Shown: positions 27,001 to 42,000 of the stretch, one piece after another
Layout of the letters: each line of letters starts with the position of its first letter
How positions within the stretch are numbered: position 1 is the stretch's first letter
Assembly: GCA_964499685.1 (NCBI GenBank)
Contig: CAZCLW010000001.1
Location: 28,278-92,277 of the forward strand
Source of the DNA: an uncultured Planctomycetales bacterium
Lineage (GTDB): Bacteria; Omnitrophota; Gorgyraeia; Zapsychrales; GWA2-47-8
Direction of reading: 5' to 3'
Length of the DNA: 64,000 nucleotides
The notes under the pieces: model-generated
What the model saw: the letters and a program-made list of their open reading frames with translations, nothing else
Told to the model about the DNA's origin: nothing
The model's database searches: none
Made by a program: the position numbers and the translations under genes

Positions 27001-30000
27001 TAGGCAGACAGGGCTTGTTTATGACGAAACAGTCAGAAATAACCGCACGACCGAATATCCGGTCGTTGTCACCATGCCGGTCTTCAGGCAAGAAGCTCAG
27101 CAAACGACCGACACGATCAGATTGCCGGAAGGCATGCCGGTCATCAAGAATAACGAATTGCTCGGCGGCGCTGATCTGGGCATCATGATCGTCAAGCCGG
27201 AACGCGTGCCGGTCGCCCGCGCGGTCCTTTCGAACTATGTTGTTTACCTCTATGACATCAATGATGTGAACAAGCTCCTGACCCGCGATCTGCCGGAAGG
27301 CACACGTGTTGAACTCGAATGGGTCGTGGAAGAAGGGGAGATCGACCGGGTCGTCTTCACCTCTTCACGGCCGATCGCCGAGGGTGCTCGCGTCATCCTC
27401 AATGCCGAAGGATTGTATAAAGATCAGATCGGTGTTCTCGAATACAGCGTCAACTTCCCGAACACCTTTAAAGAAGCGATCGACAACCGCATCCTGGCCA
27501 CACGTCAATTAAACAGCGGCAGGATCGAACAGCTGACCGCTGAAACAGGCCTGCCGTTCACGCAAGTCTTAAGAGATCTCCGCGCCCAGCCGTCACGCGG
27601 CATCAATCCGGAGATCTTGGCCCATGCCCGCCGTGCTTCGACCGACAACATCGCCGACTTCTTAAGGGCCGCCGGTATCGATATCACGACCAACGAAACG
27701 GTTGAAGCCTTAAAGGCCGCCTTGGAAGAAGCCAATACAGCCGCGGCCCAAACCGCTGTTCAGGCTGAAAAAGCCCGTTTGGACCTCGTTCAGGTCAGCG
27801 AAAGATTGAAGCTCCTGCAGGAAAGAATGAATAACAATCCGGCCGGATTCATTGCTGAGGCCAACGCTATCCATCAGATCCTGCAAGGCTTGGCCGAACA
27901 GGATGTCAAAGATATCAGCGGTATTGCCCTCGAGCGCTTCTTCGCCATGGTCGCTTTGGCCGAAGGCAAGACCGTCGAACAAGTCAAGGCTGAGTTGAGG
28001 GCCCAGGGCGATGCTTATGAAGCTCTCAAGAAGAAGATCAATGAATTCTTCAGCCTGCCGACCTTTATCCAGGGCGCGGATATTGCCGATCTGGAAAAAC
28101 GTGTTCAGGGTATTCTGGAAGCTTTGGAATACCTTGAAACGATCCAGCAGCCGGGAGCCCTGGAAGTTCCGCTCGCCAAGATCTACTTCGAGATCATTGA
28201 AAACGGTCAGGTTATTCAAGACGCCCAAATCTTGATCGAAAAGGCCACCCAGGCCATCGCCGAAGCTCAAGAAGATCTGGAAAATGTTGACGACAATCCG
28301 CCGTCCATGCAGCAGATCGATGCGGCCTTATACTATTTGGATCAGGATGATGAGATCATTGTGGTCGATTTGGGTAACGGCGAAGTCGAGCTCAAGGAGC
28401 CGCCGTTCCGCATCTATGAAACGAAGATGGGCCGGTTGAACCGCTTCAACGCTTCTCTTGAAGACGGTGGCATCTTTGCCCTCTGGAACAAGGCTGTTGC
28501 CCTCTCACAAGGAAATCCGGAATGGAACAGTTTCGCTCAAGCTGAGCTGGCTAACAGCCAGGCCTGGTACGCCCTCGAGCAAGAACGTAAATTATTCAAT
28601 CAGTTGATGAAGTCCTATATTCTGCAAGGCCAAGGCCAGGGCGCGATCTTCTATGGACCGGGTGAAATTCAGCAAGAAAAAATACGGTTCCTGACCACCA
28701 GTATTGAGCTCTTCGAAACCGACATCGAGCTTCTGAAGTCCTCTTTGAAGACCATGATCCCTGATTTCAGCGAACTGCCGCTCATCCCGATCGAGTCCGA
28801 TGATCCCGATGTCATCACGATCGCCGAAGCCCGCGCCTTCATCAATGCCCGCTTAGGCCTGGGCACGTTGGCCGGGGTCAAGAGCATCCAGGAAGATCTC
28901 GCTTATCTCGACCTGGTCCTTAAGAACGAAAATATCACCGAAGAAGCCAAGAAGTGGTTCGCTCTGTTACAAGTCAATCTTCAGGCTGAACGTGATTATT
29001 ATCTCATCCCCGGACACGGCGGAATGGCCGAAGTCGACAAAGATGAATTATTCCAGATCCAGAGCAACAATGGCGAACCTACGACCGAATCCATCCAGGA
29101 TATCATCAAACGCAAGATCTTGACCCGCAACGCCGAACTGGTCGTCTTCGGCGAAGGTACACCGGACAATCCCGGCCGCTTGACCATTATCCGTAGATTA
29201 TTCGATCTTGGCTCTCTGAACCTGCTCTTCACCGATGAGTTCACTGATGACCTGGAAGCCGCGCTCTTTGAGAAGCAGATCGCCCTCCAGGCTCTCGAAA
29301 ACGTGAACAATCGTATCGGTCCGGATAAAGCCCCGTTAAGCCAGATCTTAAGATCTTTAGGCAGCTATCTGCAGGCCGGCAGGACCCAAATGGATGAAAA
29401 GAGGGTCATGCATGAAACCACGGCGGCCCATGAAGAAGCCAGAAGGCTGGCCATTGAGCTCTTCAAGGCCCGCGGCGAAACGGTCATTGCTTACAACAAG
29501 GCCCTCGAAGAACTGCGTAAAGAAGTTATGGTCATCCTCAACCAGAGATTGGCCCGCGGCGAGATCGACCGGCACACCATCATCGCGGTTGAATCGTACT
29601 TTGCCAGATTGGAAAGAGCCCAACCGATCCAGGTGCTTGATAATACACTTTATGGCTTCTTCTCACCGAAACAATTGGCCGCCTTCAATACCCAGACCCG
29701 CGTGGATGTGGCCCAGGTGGGCGTTTCGAAGGTCGAGGCGGTGGACGGCTCGAGCGAGATCGTCCCGACCTTCCAGCAGATCGCCATTAAAGATCTCTTC
29801 CCGGGTGCCAACGTCTATGTCGGCCGCGTCAAAGCCGCTGCGCCGGGCGCACCGGATAATCAATACCTCTTTATCTCCACGGATTTGAGCAACCCGGATA
29901 CCTATTGGATGTTCCATAATTTAGGTGTCGGTTATATCCAAGCCTCGCAATTCCAGCAGAATAATCCTACGGATCCGACTCAAGGCACCACCTACCGCGA

Positions 30001-33000
30001 GAACGCGGTGTTGATCATCGACAGCATCGGCGTTCAGCCGAATGAAAAGCTCTTCTTCGGTGTTGTCGGTTTGATCAAGGTCAACACAAGCGGCGATGAG
30101 GCCGTGACCAAGGCCATTGAAGGTATTTTGAACTATGAGATCAATCCGAGAAGCCGTATCATCCTCGAAGCCGGTTACGCCGACAGCAGCCGCTCACGCG
30201 AAGTGACCGCGACCGCGGTCGATCCGTTCACCGGTATCCGTCAAGACAGGAACCTGCTGGTCAATGTTCGCGACAATTATGACTTCCAGAAGATCACCTT
30301 CCAGCACCAGTTCATCCAGAATACGGATCCGGATGCCTTGCTCAAGAGCTTCACCGTCGATGTCTCCGGTGTCCGCGAGAACGAAGGCCCGTACCTGGAT
30401 GTCTTCGAACGCCGTGAAGAAATGTTCGCCGCTCTCGGCGCCAATGTCGGTTTAGGCCCGGTCGTGTTCCGCGCCGAACAGGCGATCGGTTCCGACAGAA
30501 ATGCCTTAAGCGTCTCGGCCTACGGCTTCAGCGCCTACTATCGTCAGATCGCCGGTGATCAGGCTTACGGTGCGGGTTACAACTTCGGCAATATCGGCGT
30601 ATATGTTGAACAAGATCTCGCCGGCACACAGACATTGCGCATCAACGGCCATGTCGTCGAAGGTACCCAGGTCGGGGCCGGGTTCGGCAGCAACGGCAAT
30701 GTAAGCGGCGGCGTCAGCGTCAACCTGTTGAGCATCGATGATATCTTCAACGGCCTGGCCAATAAACCGGTCTCCGGCGATATCAAGCCGAACGACGCCA
30801 AAGAGGTCACCCTCTACAGAGACCGCACGCTGGTCATCAGCGCCAACGGCAAGATCCTCCGGTTCTCCCTGAACGACAGCGGCATCGTATATACAGAAAA
30901 TAAGGAAGAAAAGAAACTCGAAGTCGGCCAGGTCATTACCGACGGCAATTATGAGATCAAGGCCGTTGCCGCCGATCAGGTCCATATCCGCAACATCGCG
31001 ACAGACAAGGATGTTGTGATCTCGCTCCACGAAGAAGAGGTCCTGCCGTTCATCAATGTTCCTTACACCGCTATCGATGCCGAAACTGTTCCGTATGGCT
31101 TAAGCGCCACACCGGAATGGACAACTTTACGTCAGCGGTTCGTCAATGCCGAGACCGGTGCAACCGACAACCGCAAGTGGGAAGAATTATACAGATTCGC
31201 CCGTGTCAATCTCGATCTGAACGGAAATATTTTAAGCTTCACACCGGAACTGGCCAAGCAGCGTAACGATATCCTCTTCGGCACCGAATTCACCGGCTTG
31301 GCGACACCGGTCGACAATGCCTCGCCGATCGGATTGAAACTTGCCGATTACCTCTTAGGTCAACCGGTCCGCGATCTGACACCGGAAGAAAGAAGAGAAG
31401 CCGGTATCATGGTCAATGCCAGGGGCGAATTCATCATCAACGTCACCTATGCCGGCCAAGTCCGCTCCATCAATTTGGGCGACGGCCGCATCATAGTCAT
31501 CCTGGCGAAGAATTTCGGTAAATTGAGCGAAGAAGTCAGGACCGCCGCCGGCAACATCAGAAATCCGATCATTGTCGAAGCCACCATGGCCACGATTGCC
31601 CAGGAAGTTGAATACTTCGAAGGTCATGGTGTTATCCGCCATCCGAACGGCAACGTCGCCTTGACCGCCGATATGATCAGAGACCTCGTTTTCGGCAGCA
31701 ATAACCGTATCCGCGAAGAAGCGACCGGCATGGTCGACAGCAACTTTGAACCGATCCGCAAGATGATCGTGGTCAGCAACGATCCTTCTCTTAACGGCGG
31801 CATTATCGAGTTGGGCCGCTTAGGCAAACCGTTGATGGATGAACTGACCGCGGCTATCGAAAGCGAATACGGATTTGCCCATAGCCCGAACGGTTCTGTG
31901 GCCGTGACCGAAGATCTGAAGAACAGACTGCTTGATCAGGATCCGGCCAACGGCTTCATCGAATTCATCCCGACCGGCCGCACCAATGCCGAAGGCAAGG
32001 CGATCGTCACCAAGAGGATCGTCGGCATCGCCGGTCTTGAAGATGCCTTCCTCGAGTTCACCAAAGACAGCAAGATGGATACACTGGTCGAAGAATTCTT
32101 CCTCGCCAACTATTATGTCATCCCGACACCGCAAGGCGGCCGTGTCATGACCAAGGCTGAATTCGAAGCGGCGACCGACCTGCCGGCCGGCCTCGATTAC
32201 CGTCAGGATCGCAGTGAAGGCAAATATTCCCGCTATCTCCTGTCGGTCCCGGCCTTCGAAGGCGCCACAGAGACCTTCACCGACCGCCAGGGTGAAGAAC
32301 GCGTCGCGGTCCAGGTGCCGGAGATCAATGTCGAAGATATCGAGAACAAATTCCTGGTCATCTACACCAACAAGAGAACAGAATTCGTTACCCTGGATGA
32401 ACTCAAGACAAAACTGGAAACGCAAGCGGTCTTCATCACCATTGACCGTATCATCCAGGTCAATGAAGACGGCGATCTTTTGGCCCGTGTTTATCCGAAG
32501 GCCCTGCCGTGGTGGCATGAGATCGAAAGGTTCGATCCGGCCAACGAGAACGAAACGGTCATCTACGCCTTGGGCAGCGAACAAGTTGTCGCCCGCACCC
32601 GGCAGCTGGATGAAGTGGTCGTTGACGGCGTCAAAGCGGTCGTCATTCAAAGAGATGACCTCAACGAAGACGGCAGCCTCAAAGCCACCCATGTCCTGAC
32701 CATCGACGGTGCCGGCCGTACCTTGATCCATGAAACCGGTAACGAAAAAGTCGTCTATACCTATAACGGTCCGTTCGGCGCCTTAGGCTTTGCCGATAGC
32801 TCCATGAAGTGGGTCACGATCAAAGGTCAGCAGGTCCTGGCCTTCACCAGCCGCACGGTCGATGTGGATGCCAACGGGGTCGCCACCATCCAGATCACCA
32901 ACGAAGTGTTAAATACGACCTGGCAAGAGCTCTTCAACAAGTTCGGCCCGACCGGCAAGAAGTTCGACGGCTATGTGGATGCAACCGGCACGTTCGTGCG

Positions 33001-36000
33001 TACGACCCTCACCGTCGAGTACGAAGGTATCACGTATCTTTATGATGCCACCAAGCCGGAAGGTAAAGGCGCCATCCTGCGACAATCACCGATCACGCCT
33101 GATTTCGATGTCACCAAACCGTACATCGTCCGCATCGAAGACCGCTTGAGCGGCCTGGTCTGGGAAGAAGAACGGTTAAGAGAAAGAGATCAGGTCCTGG
33201 TCATGGCCAAGTTCGAAGGGCGCATGATCGACGGCCAGTTTGTCCGGGAAAATGTCACCCGCTACGTGTTTGACGGTTATAAGTCGATCGGCGTTGCCCA
33301 ATCTTCCAGCACCTTCATCATCAACGGCGGAAGCGAAGAAACTGTTCCGTTCAAGACATCCGTCACGACCGACATCAGAGACCATAGGGTTTATATTGAT
33401 CTCACCAACAATATCACCGGTGTCAAATGGGCCGAGGTCAGAGACGGTTATGGCCGCGTGATCGAAAAGGTCGAAGGCCAGTTCGTGACCAGACTGACGT
33501 ATGAAGGTATTTCCGGCACCATCAATGTGGCCAGCGCCTCCAAGACCTATCTGGTCAACGCCGACGGCACCGAAGTCCTGATCGATGAGAGCCGTCTGTT
33601 GACCGCTAAGGGCCATGAGATCACGGCCGCGACCACGGCCGCGGAGTTGTTCAACGACATCAAGAAGCTCCGCTACCAGGGTATCCGTTACCATGACGGT
33701 CAGCAGATCGTTTACCAGGAGATCCGCGACGCCAAGGGTAATGTCCTCGAGACACACTTCGGCTTTATCAACCAGCTCGGCCAATTCATCGCGACCTTCA
33801 AGATCTACAGCTTCTATGAGACGGGTGTGGATGAGGACGGTAACTTGAGGGGTGGCATTTATGACATACCGACAAAGACAGTGTTGACTGTTGTCAGAGG
33901 AGACAGGGAAGAAGTTGATTCTTATTCCAATAATACCAGGGTCGAAAGCGGCATTATCCACTATAAATCCAAGAGAGGCTTTGCTACGGTCGAATTTAAC
34001 AATGCCCTGAACAATGAACAGAATAGAAATGACCGCTATGCCTTCTTAAGAGCTGAAATTATGGGTGATGGCATTCCGTTCCGCTATGTGGCCGAATCCC
34101 GTGAAGAAAGAAGAAACGGCAAAGGTCAACTGATCATCACTTTGAACGGTTCCCGTGAATTCGATCAAGTGGGCTTCCCGGCTCAGGATAGTGCTAAATT
34201 CATCACATTCTTGAGCTATCCGGAATCAGGAGATAACCGCTTGTCCCATGAAAGCCGTACTTATGAGTATGTGAAGGGCCATGAAAATATTGAATTCTAC
34301 CAAGATCGTGAACCGATTGTTGTCAGCGATAACTTCAGGATCCTGACCGCTCAAGATGTCAACGGTCAACCGGTCAACGTCATCGTCTATGACACGGAAG
34401 ATACCCGTAGAGCCAAGCAAAGCATTACCGGACGCGCCTTCCGCTTGGATGACGGCCGTCTGTTCGCCGAATATCATACCGGCAAATTGGTCAAGGATGC
34501 TGAATTGGTCGTCTTCTTCAATGAAAACGGATATCCTGTCGCGACAAAAGAACTGGATGTTTCTATCGCAGAAATTCTAAGCCAAGGCAGATCGGAGATC
34601 TTTAACAGAGGATTGACAGACAGCAGTATCCGCCAGGATTACCGGAGACATTACATCGCGCTCCTTAGAGATCGTAACGGTGAATATTTTGTCTTTGATG
34701 AAGATGTAAGAGAAGGTACGCGCTTCGACAGGCTTACCCAGAACGACTTCGTTCAGGGCGAAGAGATCACATCGGCCAGATTCAATGCCCACCGCGCCGG
34801 ACAGCCGGCCGTGCAGATGGACTTCTTTACTTTCGAAGAAGCCGTTGGCTTGGCTGAAAGAGAAGGCACATTCTACAATCAAGACGTCGCCATCTATAAA
34901 ATAAAGAACAGATTTATTCCGGTCGAATGGCAGGATTACAAAGCCGAAGGCTTCCTCGAATCTCTGGTCGAATACTACACTGTCCAGCTGGAAGAGGACA
35001 AACATTATCAGAATAACCTCATCTCCAATGCCAAAGAACTGATCGGTAGAGGCCTGTTGGCTCCGACCATAGTTGTTATCGTTTCTGCCTTCGCTATCTT
35101 TACGATCACTATACCGCTTCTGCTCTTGGCGGTAACTGCCCTGATCTCGCGTGTGTTCATGAGAAAAGTGGGCGGCCGCAGGACCGATACACGCTCAACG
35201 GTCGTTGCCGGTTCCCGCCGCCGCACCGACATTGCGAGAGGCGAGTTTAAAGCGCCGAACCCGATCGATCCGAAGATTTACTTCCGCTTAGGTGTTATCT
35301 TGGGCGGCTTCTCCACGATCGGTCAATTTACCGAATACCTTAACAAACTCTATATCGAAGGCGGTTTCTTAGAGACAGATCCAGCCGTTAAACAAGCTAA
35401 AGAACAAGCCTTGATCGCCCGCTTCTATCCGGGAGTTGTCGAACCTGTCCGCGACGAAGCCACTGTCTGGGCTGGCTATAAAGATCAATTCGGCATTGAA
35501 TTGACCAATATCGAGAAATTGGTCATTGAACCGGTGGCGATATTCTTCTTAATGGCTATCGCCCAGGATTCACGCCGTTTGGACAGCATGACCGGAAGTA
35601 AATTCGCCGAATTCAAGTCATTTAAAGAATTCTATGCTAAATATAAACTCTTCGTCAGCGACCGGGATTTCAGACGCTACTTAGAATATACGATCGAAGA
35701 AGACAAGGTTGATCCATTTACCGGAGAGGCATTGATTGCCGCGGGGCGGACAAATGGTTCTTTGGATTTCCGTGGCCTATTGATCAGATCGATTGAGAAG
35801 AAATTAACGGCTGCCGATCGCGATAATTTAGTGCTTAATCCGATCCGTGAATATTTAATGAAGAAATATGAAGAGCATAAGCTCCAGGGATCTGTGTTGC
35901 CGAAATGGATATCGAGCTTGTTCAGAAAGATCGGCTTAGGCAAGCTCATTGATCTTATTAGCGAAAGACGTTACGCTTTCCCGCAACCGTTCGCTCCGAA

Positions 36001-39000
36001 ATCGATCAGCCGCAAGATCCTGGTGGTATCCGTCGTGATCGGAGCGGTCGGTTTATTGACCTATATCAAGCTGACCTTCGCCATGTCGCTGATCCCGTTT
36101 GTCGGTTTGGCATTGACCGTTGCCTTGCTGGGCTGGCAGATCATCGAAATGGTCTCAATGGCGAGATTCTTTACGCTGTATAAAATCGGCGGTTTGATCG
36201 ATATCTGGAGATCTTCAAGACATTATAAGGGTATTGAGACAGAGCAGATCAAATTGGCCAAATCGTTCTGGAGACGCCTGTTTGCCGCATGGGTTGGTAC
36301 CAGCGCCTTATTGGCGGTTGTTTCCTTCTACTATGCGGCGGGTGCAATGCCGTTCTGGATCCTGACCATATTCGGCGGCATCACTTTTGCCTTCAATACA
36401 GTCGTCGCGCTGCGTACATGGTGGGCATTCTTTATCGAGGCTGTCGCCAAATCCCTGGAAGACAATGGGCGATGGGGTGCGATCATCCACTATGAACGCA
36501 TTCCGCAGGAATTGATTTCTATGGTGAACCGCGATACTTATCTTAAGGATGTCTTTGCCGAGATCATTGTCAACGAAACCTTACTGAAATACTTCCTGGC
36601 TACACCGCAGGAAGCCGAAGCCCTTCTGCAGGCGGTAGCTGCGGGGGAACCGTTACCGGCTTTGACCAATAGGCGCGCCAAAGAAGTCATCGTTCAATTC
36701 TTCAATAACTTGACCCATTACAGTCCTCAGGAATTGGATGAGATCAAGAGATTCATCCGTGCCAATCCGGGCGAATACCTAAAACTCTTTACTAAGATTA
36801 CGACCAACAACCAGTTGGGCGTGGTCACCCGCCAGAGCGTGGATGATGAGAAGAAGGCGGACATCAAGACACCGTTTAGGATCATGAAAGAAGCCTTTGC
36901 CGGCGACTGGAAGGTTTATTTGATGCACATCACGGAAGGCATCGCCGAACCGGTGAGATCTCAATTGATTGCCAAATATAGTAATCCGAGAGTGACCTTC
37001 GAGGAAACCCTTAAAGGCCTGCTTGGTGGAGGCATTAATCCGGAAGGGTATGATCCGGCCTTCGATAAAGAAGCCACTACCGCCGTTTTAACCGCCATCT
37101 TAAAGCTTATGCCTTTGCAAGATTTGGTTAAATTAGCCGATAAGAATGGAATCAAGACGATTACAGTTGATGGCGCTTCCACTGAAATTAAAGCCAAGAT
37201 CGGTGAAATTAAGGCCATGAAGGGTGCCCCGATCAAGATCAGCAAGGCTTATTGGGCACTTGAACAACAGATTCGCGATCTCATTGTCGGTCATGTAGCT
37301 TCTGATATGGTAACGGTCGAAAAAGCCCGTAATATTCTCAGAGAAGAAATGTTGGCTATGCAGATCATGAACCAATGGATCATCTTCCGCGCCGACAATG
37401 CTTTAAAGACCATTCAAACATCCACACAGTCTTCTTTGGCGGCCTATAAGATATTTTTAAGGCATGTTTTGGATCGTGAACCGACTGAAGGCGACATCCG
37501 TGAATACCACCGTGGATTAGTGAATTATAACATTGTCAATCCTAATGCCGGTTCCAATAACTGGAGTGTGGTCATGGAACAACTCCGGATATTTGGTTGG
37601 GAAAAGATCGGCTGGATCAACGGTGAACCGACCGAGCCTTTATTAGGGATTGCCACCAATGAAGCCAGCGAGGCTGCCGGCATGGGTGTTTCTAATTGGG
37701 GTTATAAGATCGATAACTGGACGCATGCGGTTCGCGTTCTCAGGGAACAAGACGGTGTCATCTTCAACACAGACTGGGAACACACCATCCTGCCGGTTGA
37801 TGTCTGGTTATTGCCGTTCGTGGCTTATGAATATACTTTGCGCAAAGATTTAGGCGTTACCACGACCCACTTGCGCGATGCGGACCGCGGCATGACCCCG
37901 ATCGCCAAGAACCAGGAAGTTGCCGAAGATGTCTGGAATACCCGCGTCATGCCGGCTGAAACCCGTATCGGTGCCGTGGCCCTCTACGGTCCGGGTATTG
38001 TCCGCTTGCCGATCATGCGCAGCTTCGGCGCTCCGGTCAGCAAGATCGAAGACTCTGCGACCGCTCAGGAAGCCTTAAAGCAGGGATACAAAGTCGACTA
38101 TGCGCCGGGCATCACCATGACCCGCGGCCGTGAAAAGACCCAGGGCGGCATGCCGGCCTTCGTCAACCGTTTCGGCGGTTTGACCGTTGATAATACGCTG
38201 ACACCTCATTACCGTCAACTTATGAAGAGCGATCGCGTCCATTGGACGGCCAAGATGGCCCTTATGATGAACGATGATCATTACATTAACCAAGTCTTTA
38301 TTCCGCGTTATAACTTGATCATCTTCCTGTTCGCGTTCTTCGTTTCCTTTACACCGTTCGCGTATTTGGCCTTCCCGGCGTTCTTCATCGGACTGCAGAA
38401 CATCTTTGCTCAGGCCATTACCGCCGGCGGTGTCCGCAAATTCATCAAGGATTATGGATTCCTGGCCGGTTATGGCAGATATTTGACCAAATTCTGGTCT
38501 TTGGTCTTCACCTTCTTGTCTTTGGCACCGAACGATGCTTACAAGACAACTTATGCCTTAAGCGGTGAATCGGGCATATTCGCGGGTGGCGAAAAAGATG
38601 TGAAGCATTCTTCCGAAAGCTTCAAGAGCCTGTACGGGAAATATCGTGAATCCATTAAGTGGGGCGTTATCTTGCTCGCCATCGTTGTGTTTGCGCCATT
38701 CCATCCTGTGGGTGTGGCCGCTCAGTTGTTCTTCTATGTGTTGCCGTTCGCCTTCATCTTCGGGCCGTTCTTGGCAAACGGTTTAGGTATTGTTGATTCC
38801 TTCAAGAGATCGCGCAAACAATACCGTGATAAGAAGGAAGGCAAGAAAAAGGCAGAGGGAGAAAACAAAAAGAAGAAAACAGAGCCGAGTATCTCAGAAA
38901 AAATCAAAGAACAGCGTCGTAGATATGTTGCGGGTGTCGCGGCAAACTTGTCTAAAGAGGAATTAGGCAAGATTAGAGCTGAATTGAAAGAATCAGGAGA

Positions 39001-42000
39001 AAAATTGGATAAAGCCTGGGAGTCCGGCAGCTTCTTTACTAATAGAGAAGATTTAATATCCGGAAATTATAAGGATGAAAAAGCTAAGAAAGAGCTGGAA
39101 GAATCATTAAGAAAGAATTTGGGAGTTTTTGTCCGCGCATGGCTCGAATTCTTACCGTTGTCTCTTATTAACTTACTTAATAAACGAGTCTTCTTGAATA
39201 CATCTGGCTTGAAGACTTTCATTAATGGTGTCTTTGCTATTCCGTTCTTCTTGTTTGATATCTTTATGGTCACACCGATAGAGAAGATAGCTATCGCATT
39301 GTTTGGTAAAAGATATGTGACAAAAATTAATGGTATTGCCGCTCAAGGACCGACCGTAGCTCAGACTCCGCGGAGCGGAAACAACACAAGAAATGGCTTC
39401 ATTCTCACACCGATGTTAGGCGTGCTGGCGACTGGATTTACAGGAATTGTGGCCTTAACTGCAATCGGAAAAGTAACGATTGCGGTAGGAGTTATCGTAG
39501 TGATTGGAATCGTTATGGCAATTGTTTCCAGTATTTTAGACAGAATGCATCCTGAACGAGTTATTCTGCGGAAACAAAGAGCATTAGAACAAGAGGCAGA
39601 GAGGAAACTCAGCAAAGAGGTGAAAGCAAAAATATTATCTAAAATTGAAGCTAAGACAAGTGAAAAAGGTTACAAAATTTCAAGAGCTCACGTTTCTAAA
39701 GCCATTGACTTATTCAAAAGAGATGGTGATTTCAAGGTTGCGGTGAATATTGAATATGAAGAAATTAGGAATCCTCAATATTATGAAGAGTTCAGTGGCC
39801 CATTTGAGCCAGAAACAATTTCTCAATTAAAGCAAATTTCTATAAGCATAGAACCTATTGAACCTGACAAATCCGACACCACCCGCCGTTTACCGGGTGA
39901 GAAGATGATGAACGAAAGAGTCATTAAAGCCCAGATCACCAAGAACGGCGGTATCAATGCTTATACGGCCCTGACGACCGAGAGCGAAGAAGCTAAATTG
40001 GCCCGCGAAGTTGTCCGCAGGATCTTCGGCGAACAAGCGCCTGTCCAGTTAGAAGCGATGATCGCAGCCGGCTTATTAAGGGCCGGTCCGCTGGCCGGTG
40101 CGATCGCTGCCAATGTCACCATTAATAGAAAACGTACCATCATTCTCGGTACGACATATCCTGCCTATAACAATCTGACCCAGCGCGTTATCAGCATTGT
40201 TCATGAATTCGGCGCTTTGCGTGGCTTGTCCGATGCTGAAAACGAAGCCAAAGAAGTCGAAGCCCGCAAGATCTTAAGCGAGATCAGTGAAAAAGATTTC
40301 ATCGCCATCAATGATCTGACCAAGACCTTCGAAATGCTCAAACATAAAGAAGAAGTCACGGTCGGCTTCGTGAAGGGCAACAAAGTCGAACACGAAGTCA
40401 AAATGGCTGTTCCGGCCGCCCGCGGCAACGAAATCAAAGATGTCGCTGAATATATCGCCGTCCGCATCGCCGGTACCTTGTCCAAGATCGGCGCCGAAGG
40501 CATTATCATCCATACCAAGAGCGATGAATTATTCGCGGCTGTTGAACAGTTATTCAAAGGTAAATACGGCCGCGTTCCGAGCTACTTCAGCACGATCTAC
40601 GAAACCAAATTCAGAACTGTCCGCGCTGCTTCCACGAAAGAAACCAGAGCCGCTAAAGTTGCCGAAACCAAAGCCGCCGAAGCCATCGATTACAGCAAAG
40701 GCCGCGTGGTCGGTATCGACGTGGGTGCGAGCGACGTGAAAGTCATCAGCTTCGTCAACGGTAAAGTCGTCTACGGTAAAGAAATCAACTGGAAATCGGT
40801 CGAGTTCCGCCGCTCCGAAATGCATTTAAGATATTACGTCCTGATGGCCCAGATCGCCGAAGTCGCTATCTGGCTGTACGAAGATCGCGATGCCAAGTTC
40901 GATGCCTTAAGAGAAGAATTGAAACACTTAGGACATGATGCCAACAGCCCGCTCGACAAAATCGAAGCTTTCATCAATAAAGTTAAAGAATCCGGTATCC
41001 AGAGAAGCACGCTAGATGCGATCGGTTTAAGCACGGCCGGCGCGGTCGTCAATGGCCGTATCGTCCAGGAAGGCGCCCGCGTCTATCAGGGTATCGAAGC
41101 CGAAGAATTCTGGACCAAGGTCGCTCCGATGGCCCGCCGCATTTCCGAATCCATGAACGGTGTTGTGGTCGGCTTATTGAACGACGGTGACGCCGGTGCC
41201 GTCTCCGTCGCCGGAACGTTAGGATTAAAGAAGACGTTAGCCCTGAGCTTGGGTACCGGTTTGGCCGGTGGTTATGTTGACGGCAACGGTCTGGTCACCG
41301 AAAATCTCGGAGAAATCGGTAAAGTCAGTATCGATGTTTCCGCTCACAGCGGCAAGAAAGGTTATGTCCATGAAGGTCTCATGATCCCGGGTGCGTTACA
41401 GCAATATACTTCACAACGCGGTGTCCTGCGTCTGGCCCGCCAAGTCTGGCCGAACATGGACCGTGAATTCGAAGAAAAGAAGGCCCGCGAATTCGTCGTC
41501 AAATACAGTGTTCAGTTGGTCGAAGGTGAAGACGTGGTCGCCCAAGTCATGGCCGGTTTAACCGGTGATAAGCTCGAAGAATTCAAGAAAGCTATCGGCG
41601 ACAGGCCGAAACTGAAATATGTTCAGAGCAAATTGGCTTCGACGAATGCGGTTGAACAAGAACAGGCCCGCTGGATCTTCAGAAAGATCGGCGAATACCT
41701 GGCCGTCGCTGTGGATGTCACGGCCGAAGATCTCGATATCGAAACCGTCGTTCTCTTTGGTGCCGTTACCGCCGGTGAAGCCGGAAGATTACTCGTCGAA
41801 AGCACCCAGTCCAAATTAAACGAAGCTGGATTAAGCATCCAGGTGAAGCTGGCTTCTGAAGAAGATTACGCCGCTAAATTCGGTCAGGAAATCAGCGATG
41901 AATTCGGCAAACAATTCGCTTCCAGATTCGGTCAGGCGGTCGGTGCCGTCTATATGGGCTTACAGGAAAAGGTCAGCCCGAAGACAGGCGAACCGATCAG

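Noticed and set aside
29394-29888. Plus-strand ORFs in the other two phases (e.g. 29394-29888 164 aa, 32214-32699 161 aa, 4986-5381 131 aa)
   Set aside because: Out of phase with and completely overlapping the giant ORF. Their translations are Arg/Ser/Pro-rich nonsense typical of shifted frames of this codon bias.
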